Assembly: GCA_042216675.1 (NCBI GenBank) | Contig: JBDGTS010000044.1 | Span: 1 to 16,418 of the forward strand | DNA length: 16,418 bases | Direction: 5' to 3' | Source: Halobacteriaceae archaeon | Lineage (GTDB): Archaea; Halobacteriota; Halobacteria; Halobacteriales; Halobacteriaceae | In this document: in pieces, positions 1 to 6,864 of the stretch | Layout of the letters: each line of letters opens with the position of its first letter | How positions within the stretch are numbered: the first letter of the stretch is position 1 | Position numbers and translations under genes: made by a program | The notes under the pieces: model-generated | The model's input: the letters and a program-made list of their open reading frames with translations, nothing else | Told to the model about the DNA's origin: nothing | Database searches by the model: none

Positions 1-118
1 TCACGACCGGCGGGCCTGCGCTCGCTTCGCTCACGCAGACTCCGTCCGGACGTTCTTTCGTTTCCCTGTCACGTCCGACGAGCCCACGGCTCGCGCCGTG
101 GACTCCGTCCGGACGTTC
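1..118. repeat. Two tandem REP-like palindromic units (about 50-55 nt each), possibly continuing left of the window
   Basis: GACTCCGTCCGGACGTTC is identical at 38-55 and 101-118. The left arms TCACGACCGGCGGGCC (1-16) and TCACGTCCGACGAGCC (69-84) are related. Each unit has a central hairpin (CTGCG 16-20/CGCAG 34-38; CCACGGC 84-90/GCCGTGG 95-101). ACGTCCG 71-77 pairs with CGGACGT 110-116. Confidence 0.8.
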
Positions 119-129
119 ACTCACCACAT

Positions 130-1566
130 TCAGAGGACGATGCTCTTCGTTCGCAGATAGTCCTCGATGCTCGTGTGGAGGCCCTCGCGACCGATGCCGG
201 AGTCGCCGTTGCCGCCGAAGGGGATGTCGCCGAGGCCGTGGCTGGGGGCCCCGTTGATGCGGACGGCGCCCGCGTCGATGCGCCGAGCGACGTCCATCGC
301 GCGGTCGTAGTCGGCGGTGAAGACGGCGCCGTCGAGTGCCAAGTCGCCTTCGTCGACGAGGGCCAGTGCGTCCTCGCGGTCCGCGAACGTCGTCACCGGG
401 CAGACGGGCCCGAACTGCTCGTCGTGGACGATGCGGGCGTCCCGTGGCACGTCGGCGAGCAGGGTCGGCTCGAACCAGTTGCCCTCCCGGTCACCGCCGC
501 GGACGAGTTTCGCCCCCGCGTCGCGGGCGTCGGAGACGAGGCCCTCGACCCACTCGGCCTGTCCCTCGTCGATGAGCGGGCCGATGTCGGTGTCGGCGTC
601 GAACAGGTCGCCGAGTTCCCAGTCGGCCATCTCGTGGTCGATGCGGGCCACGAGGTCGTCGTGGATCGACTCGTGCGCGAGGACGCGCGAGACGGCCGAG
701 CAGCGCTGGCCCGCGTACGAGAGCGCCCCCGACGTGATCGCGCTGGCGGCGGCGTCGAGGTCCGCGTCCGGAAAGACGAGGACGGGCGCGTTGCCACCGA
801 GTTCCATGTGGAGATTCACCAACCCGCTCTGGCGGGCGACGCGCTTCCCGGCACCGGTGGAGCCAGTCATCGCGATGGCGTCGACCCGGTCGTCGCTGGC
901 GAGCGTCTCGCCGATTGCGCTCCCCCGGCCGGGGACGTAGTTGAGAGCGCCGTCGGGGACGTCAGTGTCGGCGACGACGTCGGCGAGGATGGCCGCGGTG
1001 ACCGGCGTGTTCGAGGAGGGCTTGAGGACGACGCCGTTGCCGGCCGCGAGGGCCGGGGCGACCTGCAGTGCGGTCGTCGCGAGGGGATAGTTGTAGGGCG
1101 TGATACAGAGGACCGTGCCGATGGCCTCGGGCGTAACGACGGCCTCCCAGCCCTCGTGGCTCGCGGTGGTGCCACGCCGGTGTTCGCCCCGGATGGACCG
1201 GGCCTCCTCGACGGCCCGGCGGAAGCGCTCGGCCGCCGAGTCGACCTCCGACCGGGCCGACGAGACGGGCTTTCCCGCTTCCCTGACGATTGCCTCGACG
1301 AGGTCCTCACGGCGCGCCTCGATACCGTCCGCGATGGCCGTCAGCCAGTCACACCGCTCCGGGACGGTCGACGTGCGCAGTCGCGGCTGGCACCCCGCCG
1401 CCGCCGCGAGTGCCGCCCGCGCCTCGGCGGGACCCGCCGCCGACACCTCCGCGAACACGGATCCGTCGGTCAGGTCGGTGACTGTCAGCGTCTCCTCGCC
1501 GTCGTGCCACTCCCCGTCGATGTACGGCCCTTTGTTCCGCGTCTGACCCGCTCTCTCTGGTGCCAT
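130..1566 (-). CDS. NAD(P)-dependent aldehyde dehydrogenase, GAPN-like subfamily
   Basis: 478-aa acidic ORF with ALDH motifs: ITPYNYP, LKPSS, MTGSTGAG, MELGGNAP (general-base Glu), AGQRCSA (catalytic Cys), EQFGPV, PFGGNGDSGIGREG. Confidence 0.93.
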   Translation of the reverse strand: MAPERAGQTRNKGPYIDGEWHDGEETLTVTDLTDGSVFAEVSAAGPAEARAALAAAAGCQPRLRTSTVPERCDWLTAIADGIEARREDLVEAIVREAGKPVSSARSEVDSAAERFRRAVEEARSIRGEHRRGTTASHEGWEAVVTPEAIGTVLCITPYNYPLATTALQVAPALAAGNGVVLKPSSNTPVTAAILADVVADTDVPDGALNYVPGRGSAIGETLASDDRVDAIAMTGSTGAGKRVARQSGLVNLHMELGGNAPVLVFPDADLDAAASAITSGALSYAGQRCSAVSRVLAHESIHDDLVARIDHEMADWELGDLFDADTDIGPLIDEGQAEWVEGLVSDARDAGAKLVRGGDREGNWFEPTLLADVPRDARIVHDEQFGPVCPVTTFADREDALALVDEGDLALDGAVFTADYDRAMDVARRIDAGAVRINGAPSHGLGDIPFGGNGDSGIGREGLHTSIEDYLRTKSIVL

Positions 1567-1593
1567 TGACTGGGCAGTGATACACCCTCCCGC

Positions 1594-1607
1594 ACCATTA
1601 ACTTATT
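1594..1607 (-). promoter_or_regulatory. Putative TATA region of the aldehyde dehydrogenase gene
   Basis: Minus strand reads AATAAGTTAATG about 30-40 nt upstream of the ATG at 1566, in an otherwise GC-rich background. Confidence 0.5.
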
Positions 1608-1790
1608 GGTGGTACCGGGTGCGACGATAAATTAATAGTGAGCGCCGGACACCCGTACCACCGAACGCGAGTACCTGTCGTCTGGAAACCCCGTTTGGCA
1701 CGGCGGGATGGTGAAAGAGGTCGCGTGGTAAGAGTCAGGTTCCTGATAGGGCGCCGAAACCGATTGGTGTTCACCGACCAACAAGACGGC

Positions 1791-2126
1791 ATGGGAACCA
1801 CCGAAGCCGTCAATCGCGGTGCGCGCGCCGTCGCGGAGTTCGGGGTCTCCGCACTTCTCGTCGTCCTCGCGTCCTACCTCCCGAAACCGAGGTACAGCGA
1901 GTCGCGTCTCCTGCTGTTCGGCCTCGTCGCGGGCGCGGCACTCCTCGGCGGGGTCGGCGTCGTTCGTCGGCGACCCGCGCTCACCCTCGCCGGCGCGGTC
2001 GGCCTCCTCCTGCTGGGGTTCTCGCAGGCCACCCTCGGTGTGTACGCGGTGCCGGTCGCCGTCCTCCTGCTGTTCGCCGGGTTCCTCGAACACGAACTGA
2101 CCGGCCGGCGGCCCGTGTTCGGATAG
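1791..2126 (+). CDS. Small hypothetical integral membrane protein (about 111 aa, 3-4 TM)
   Basis: From the ATG at 1791 (MGTTEAVN...) it has several Leu/Val/Gly/Ala hydrophobic stretches and GC3-rich codons. The upstream extension to 1638 is Arg-rich and looks non-coding. Confidence 0.7.
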   Translation: MGTTEAVNRGARAVAEFGVSALLVVLASYLPKPRYSESRLLLFGLVAGAALLGGVGVVRRRPALTLAGAVGLLLLGFSQATLGVYAVPVAVLLLFAGFLEHELTGRRPVFG

Positions 2127-2166
2127 ACCCCCCAAGACACTTGTCGCGCTACCAACTTTTTGGGCC

Positions 2167-2610
2167 GTGCCGAACACGATTACCCTCCGTCGCTCCGTCG
2201 CGCTGGGACTGCTCCTCCTCGTCGTCGGCGGCGGCGTCTACGGCTACGCCGCCCATCAGGAGGCGCTCCGAGCGAACGAGGCCGGCATCGCCGTCGAACC
2301 TGTCGAGACGACTGAACCGGCGACGAACGCCTCGGCGCTCCCCCGCGACCAGCGTGCGCTCTTCCTTCTCGCCGTCACCCCGGGCGAAACGAACTACTTC
2401 GTCACGCCGGACGACAGACTACAGGCCGCCGCGGACGACATCCCGGAACGCGTCGGCTACGAGGGAGTGACCTACGACGTCCAGCGGACGCACAGCGACA
2501 GTCTCGGCGGCGCGCTCTCCTCCCTCGTCGGCATCGTCGTGACCGGGCTGGGTGCGCTGACGCTCCTCGGCGCGGGACTGGGGAGCGCGGCGCGACGGGT
2601 GCGGTCCTGA
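2167..2610 (+). CDS. Hypothetical membrane protein with N- and C-terminal TM helices and an acidic extracellular loop
   Basis: 147 aa with GTG start. RRSVALGLLLLVVGGG N-terminal anchor, acidic middle part, hydrophobic C-terminal helix followed by RRVRS. Confidence 0.75.
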   Translation: MPNTITLRRSVALGLLLLVVGGGVYGYAAHQEALRANEAGIAVEPVETTEPATNASALPRDQRALFLLAVTPGETNYFVTPDDRLQAAADDIPERVGYEGVTYDVQRTHSDSLGGALSSLVGIVVTGLGALTLLGAGLGSAARRVRS

Positions 2611-2669
2611 CCCCCGAGGCCAAGACATTTGTCCGCAGGCAAACCAGTGTCGGGTGATACGTCGCCGCC

Positions 2670-3368
2670 ATGAGCCTGTTCCCCCGCCGAGCTGACGCCG
2701 AACCGAGCGAGGACCGGGCCCCGCGCCTCGTCGACGTGGACGAGGACGCCGCCGACGAGGTGTTCGACGCGCTCTCCTCGGCGACGGCCCGGACGATTCT
2801 CGCGGCCCTCCACGAGGAGCCACGCACCGCGTCGGACCTCGCCGACGTCGCCGACACGTCGCTCCAGAACGTCTCCTACCACCTCGGCAAACTCCGGGAC
2901 GCGGACCTCGTGGAGGTCGTGGACACGTGGTACTCCGAGCGCGGCACCGAGATGAAGGTGTACGCGCCCGCCGACGAGTCGCTCGTGGTGTTCGCCGGGG
3001 ACGACGCCGAGGGGACGTTCCGGGCGCTCCTGACGAAACTACTCTCGGCCGTCGCCGTCGTCGGCGTCGCGTGGTTGGCGCTCGACCGCCTGTTCGACTG
3101 GTTCGGCGGTGAGGCGGGCGGTGGGGCCGGTGGCGAGCCGGTGTCGCCGGGGTCGGGGCCAGTCGCCGACGGCACTGAGACTGTCGCACAGGGCGGCACG
3201 GGGACGGCCGCGGAGGGCACCGGCGGCGCCGTGGAGGCGACGACGAACGCGACGACGACGACTGCACAGACCACCGTCACGGAGCAAGCGGCCGCGCTCC
3301 CGCCGGAGGCGGTGGTCGTCGCCGCGGCGGTGCTCGTCGCGGTGCTGTACGTGCGCCGCGGCGGATGA
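2670..3368 (+). CDS. ArsR/SmtB-like winged HTH transcriptional regulator with C-terminal membrane segments
   Basis: VFDALSSATARTILAAL...TASDLADVADTSLQNVSYHLGKLRDADLVEV...YSERGTEMKVY is an ArsR-type wHTH. It is followed by a TM helix, a Gly/Thr-rich linker and a second TM helix ending VRRGG. Confidence 0.88.
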   Translation: MSLFPRRADAEPSEDRAPRLVDVDEDAADEVFDALSSATARTILAALHEEPRTASDLADVADTSLQNVSYHLGKLRDADLVEVVDTWYSERGTEMKVYAPADESLVVFAGDDAEGTFRALLTKLLSAVAVVGVAWLALDRLFDWFGGEAGGGAGGEPVSPGSGPVADGTETVAQGGTGTAAEGTGGAVEATTNATTTTAQTTVTEQAAALPPEAVVVAAAVLVAVLYVRRGG

Positions 3369-3431
3369 GGAGGCTTCAACGACCGCCGAAGTCTGTGCGG
3401 CGCCTATGCGGTCGAGGCCGTGAACGGGGAT

Positions 3432-3902
3432 ATGGGCAGACACGCGCTCGGTCTCGCACTCCTCTCGCTGGCACTTCTTTCGGCCGGGTGTGCCGGCGTC
3501 TCGTCGGGCGGTGACGCCGGTCCGGCGACGCCCACCGGCACGGCCGAGATGACGGTGCCGCCGGAAGCGTGCCCCGACCCGCCCGCGAACCTGAGCGAGA
3601 GCGCCGTCGAGAGCGCCGCCATCGCCCACGCGAAGGCGCGCCTGCACAACCGCCTCCGGAACGACAGCGACGTGACGTACTTCTCCATCGGGTACACGAT
3701 GCCGCCGTCCGCGACGGTGCTGAACCGGAGCGACGGCGGCGCGTCCGTCGCCGTGGAGGTCCACTACGCCTACGGCACCGGCGACGTGGACGCCGACGGC
3801 GTGCCGGTCCGAGCGCTCTACGTCGTCTCCGAGACGGAGATACGGCGCGTGGGGGAACTCGACACGTACCCGCCGAGGACCACCGCCGGAGAGGGGCGAT
3901 GA
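3432..3902 (+). CDS. Putative lipoprotein
   Basis: MGRHALGLALLSLALLSAGC is a signal peptide ending in a lipobox-like SAGC, followed by a Pro/Thr/Gly linker and an acidic domain. Confidence 0.75.
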   Translation: MGRHALGLALLSLALLSAGCAGVSSGGDAGPATPTGTAEMTVPPEACPDPPANLSESAVESAAIAHAKARLHNRLRNDSDVTYFSIGYTMPPSATVLNRSDGGASVAVEVHYAYGTGDVDADGVPVRALYVVSETEIRRVGELDTYPPRTTAGEGR

Positions 3903-3972
3903 CATCGGTGTTATCAGGTGACCCGAGGGTTCGGGAAGCCCTATTCGGGGCAGGGACCTAGGACCAGTGACG

Positions 3973-4602
3973 ATGAACGTACTCCTCCTCGGAGCGAGCG
4001 GCCGAATCGGCCAGCGAATCACCACGGAGCTCCTCGACCGCGGCCACAGCGTGACCGGCGTCTCCCGGAGCGGCGACTTCGACGTCGACGACCCCGACTT
4101 CACGGGCGTCGCCGGCGACGCGACGGACCCAGAGAGCGTCGCGGCCCTCGCGGCGGGCCACGACGCCGTCGGGTCGGCGCTCGGCCCCGCCGACGACGTC
4201 GACGAGTTCGAACCGATGACCGAGGCCGTCATCGAGGGACTCCGCGAGGCGGGCGTCCCCCGCCTCGTCTGGACCGGCGGCGCGGGCGGCCTCAGCGTCG
4301 GTCCCGACACGGACCTCATCGAGACCGAGGAGTTCCCGGACGAACTCGTCGACCTCGCGCAGGTCCACATCGACGCCCTCGAACTGATCCGGGGCGCCGA
4401 CGACCTCGAGTGGTCGTACCTCGCGCCCCCCGCGGTCATCGAACCCGGCGACCGGCGCGGCGAGTACCGCACCGCCGAGGGCTCCCTCGTCGCCGACGAC
4501 GACGGCGAGTCCTACATCTCGATGGCCGACTTCGCCATCGCCTTCGTCGACGAACTGGAGACCGACGACAACGTCCACACGCAACTCGGCGTCGGCTACT
4601 GA
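3973..4602 (+). CDS. NAD(P)-dependent oxidoreductase (NADH-flavin reductase/BVR-B-like atypical SDR)
   Basis: LLGASGRIG Rossmann motif, GGAGGL, WSYLAPPAVIEPGDRRGEYRT and SYISMADFAIAFVDELE are typical of this family. Confidence 0.9.
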   Translation: MNVLLLGASGRIGQRITTELLDRGHSVTGVSRSGDFDVDDPDFTGVAGDATDPESVAALAAGHDAVGSALGPADDVDEFEPMTEAVIEGLREAGVPRLVWTGGAGGLSVGPDTDLIETEEFPDELVDLAQVHIDALELIRGADDLEWSYLAPPAVIEPGDRRGEYRTAEGSLVADDDGESYISMADFAIAFVDELETDDNVHTQLGVGY

Positions 4603-5369
4603 CCGAGAATCGCGGCGTAGCCCTCCCGATACGTCGGATACGCCGGCTCCCACCCCGTCCCTCGTAAGCGCTCGTTCGAACAGCGCTTGTTCGAGCGCTC
4701 CACCGCGTCGACCAGTTCGCCCGGGTCGCGCCCCGTGAACTCCGCGAGCCATCGCGAGAGGTCGTGGCGGTGGACCGGTTCGTCGTCGACGGCCAGATAC
4801 AGGTCCCGGTCCCCGTCGGCGGCGGCACGGAGGGCGCTCGCCGCGTCGTCGCGGTGGAGGAGATTCAGGTAGCCCGCCGGCACGCGGGCGCCGTCGAGAT
4901 ACCGGTCCCCGACGAGGCGGCCCGGCCCGTACAGCCCCGAGAGCCGAACGACGGTGCCGCCCGCGTCGCGCGCCACGTCCTCGGCGTCGAGGAGAACGCG
5001 CGAGCGCTCGGCGTCGCGGTCCGGCGCCGTCTCCTCGTCCACCCACGAGCCGTCGGCCACGTCGTAGACGCCGGTGCTGGAGGCGTACACGAGGTCGGCG
5101 TCCGGGCAGGCCGTGACAGTGTGTTCGAGGCCGTCGACGTACGCCGCGCGGTAGGCGTCCACGTCCCGGGAGCCGGCACCGACGAGGTAGAAGACGCGGT
5201 CGGCCGGGGGGAGGTCGAGGTCCGAGTCGGTCACGTCGCGTTCGAGGCTCTCGACGCCCTCGATGGCGACGCCGGAGCGCGAAACGGCGATCACGTCATC
5301 GCCGTCAGCGACGAGGGTTCGAGCGAGTTCGCTCCCGACGTAGCCACAGCCGACGACGAGCGCGGTCAT
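4596..5369 (-). CDS. NAD-dependent epimerase/dehydratase family (atypical SDR)
   Basis: From the ATG at 5369: LVVGCGYVG, YASSTGVY, WVDEET, RLSGLYGPGR, NLLHRDD, NKRCSNERL, YPTYREG. Overlaps the convergent neighbour by 7 nt. Confidence 0.9.
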   Translation of the reverse strand: MTALVVGCGYVGSELARTLVADGDDVIAVSRSGVAIEGVESLERDVTDSDLDLPPADRVFYLVGAGSRDVDAYRAAYVDGLEHTVTACPDADLVYASSTGVYDVADGSWVDEETAPDRDAERSRVLLDAEDVARDAGGTVVRLSGLYGPGRLVGDRYLDGARVPAGYLNLLHRDDAASALRAAADGDRDLYLAVDDEPVHRHDLSRWLAEFTGRDPGELVDAVERSNKRCSNERLRGTGWEPAYPTYREGYAAILGQ

Positions 5370-5445
5370 ACGCACCGTTGGCGCGCCGCGAAAATGACGC
5401 TGGCGGTCGGACAGACGGAAGTGGCCGGCGCCCGAACGCCCGACC

Positions 5446-6498
5446 ATGACGCTGTACGAGCGCCTCGCTGACCTGCCCCTCGTCGTGGAAGACTGCGGGT
5501 TCGACCTGCGCGAGGCCGAGACGTCGTCGGGGTTCACGCGCACGACGACGGTCGTCACCCTCGCCGGCGACGGAGTGCGCGGCCACGGCGAGGACGTGAC
5601 CTACGAGAGCGAGAGCCACTACGCGCTGGTGGACGCCCCGCCGGACTTCGGCCTCGCGGGCGAGTGGACGTTCGAGGAGTTCGCGGCGCGACTGGACGGC
5701 GTGGACCTGTTTCCGAACCACCCGCCCGAGCAGGCGCTGGCGCGGAACTACCGGCGCTTCGCCGTCGAGAGCGCGGCGCTCGACTTGGCGCTCCGGCAGG
5801 CCGACACGGACCTCGCGAGTGCGCTCGACCGGTCCTACGACCCGCTTCACTTCGTCGCCAGCACGCGTCTCGGGGAGCCGCCGAGCCCCGAACGGGTCCA
5901 CGCCCTCCGCGACATCGTGCCCGGGCTGGAGTTCAAGCTCGACCCCACCTCGGCGTGGACGCCGGAACTGGTCTCGGACCTCGCGGCGACGGGCGCCGTC
6001 CGCATCGTGGACCTCAAGGGCCAGTACGAGGGCACGGAGGTCGACCAGCCGGCGGACCGGGACCTGTACGAACTGGTCATCGAGTCGTTCCCGGAGGCCA
6101 TCGTCGAGGACCCGGAACTGACGGCGGAGACGCATCCGCTCGTCGAGCGACACGCCGACCGGCTGAGCTGGGACTACCCCATCACCGGCCCGGAGAGCAT
6201 CGACGCGCAGGGGCTCCGCCCGGCGTGGGTCAACGTCAAGCCGTCGCGCTTCGGCGCCGTCGAGGACCTGCTGGCGACTGTCGAGCGCTGTGAGCGCGCG
6301 GGCATCGGCCTCTACGGCGGCGGGCAGTTCGAACTCGGCGTGGGCCGCGACCACGTGCAGGCGTTCGCGTCGGCGCTCTACCCCGAGGCCCCGAACGACG
6401 TGGCGCCGCGGGCGTTCAACCGCCCGTCGCCGCCGCCGGACCTGCCGGCGAGTCCGCTCGCCCCGCCGGAACGCCCCCGCGGACTAGGGTGGTCCTGA
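5446..6498 (+). CDS. Enolase-superfamily (MR/MLE-like) protein of unknown function
   Basis: N-terminal GVRGHGED and AVESAALDLAL capping-domain motifs. Barrel motifs EFKLDP, IVDLKG, IVEDP, SWDYP and VNVKPSRFG. Confidence 0.8.
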   Translation: MTLYERLADLPLVVEDCGFDLREAETSSGFTRTTTVVTLAGDGVRGHGEDVTYESESHYALVDAPPDFGLAGEWTFEEFAARLDGVDLFPNHPPEQALARNYRRFAVESAALDLALRQADTDLASALDRSYDPLHFVASTRLGEPPSPERVHALRDIVPGLEFKLDPTSAWTPELVSDLAATGAVRIVDLKGQYEGTEVDQPADRDLYELVIESFPEAIVEDPELTAETHPLVERHADRLSWDYPITGPESIDAQGLRPAWVNVKPSRFGAVEDLLATVERCERAGIGLYGGGQFELGVGRDHVQAFASALYPEAPNDVAPRAFNRPSPPPDLPASPLAPPERPRGLGWS

Positions 6499-6854
6499 TG
6501 AACGCCGCCGAGCGTGCGGCCGCGGCGCTCGCGAACGCCGGCCACGAGGACGCGGCGCGCGAGGTTGCCGAGTCGCCGGCCGAGGGGCCGACGCTGGCCG
6601 AGTTAGACCTCGACGCGGCACTCGTCGCGGCCGCGCCGCTGGCCGAGTCGCTGGGGCTGGACCGCGAGCCGATCGCCGCGGGCGTCGACTTCGCGCGGGC
6701 GGACCTCGACGACGGCGACGAGGGGAGCGACTTCGTGACGTTCGTCTGGGACTTCGTGCAGGAGCCGGAGCGCCGCGGCATCGTGTATCAGCGCCTCAGC
6801 GAGCGAGTGCAGCGGCGACGAATGCGAGAGGAAGACGTCGAGGGCCTCTTCTGA
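6498..6854 (+). CDS. Hypothetical acidic protein (118 aa), translationally coupled to the enolase-like gene
   Basis: TGATG stop/start overlap at 6496-6500. Acidic composition typical of real haloarchaeal proteins. Confidence 0.72.
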   Translation: MNAAERAAAALANAGHEDAAREVAESPAEGPTLAELDLDAALVAAAPLAESLGLDREPIAAGVDFARADLDDGDEGSDFVTFVWDFVQEPERRGIVYQRLSERVQRRRMREEDVEGLF

Positions 6855-6864
6855 GGGCGCGTCG

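Noticed and set aside
175-1569. 464-aa + strand ORF and other long antisense or alternate-frame ORFs (e.g. 3039-4472, 7556-9238, 12182-13483, 14385-15362)
   Set aside because: These are shadow ORFs of well-supported genes, expected from high GC3. They have no motifs and many are Arg/Pro-rich.
1656-1673. Possible TrmB site (TACC-N9-GAGTA) upstream of the GAPN-like gene
   Set aside because: It deviates from the haloarchaeal TACT-N7/8-GAGTA consensus in both sequence and spacing. Too weak without a PWM scan.
1735-1746. Palindrome TCAGG-TT-CCTGA
   Set aside because: Only 5-bp arms and a single occurrence, so compatible with chance.
3235-3262. (GAC/ACG)n trinucleotide-like run
   Set aside because: It simply encodes the Thr-rich linker of the regulator and is not an independent repeat.
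5370-5558. N-terminal extensions of ORF-track calls (also 1638-1790, 11157-11486, 15258-15515, 16171-16353)
   Set aside because: The extensions overlap other genes or promoters and are Arg/Ser-rich. Family homology begins at the downstream ATGs used.
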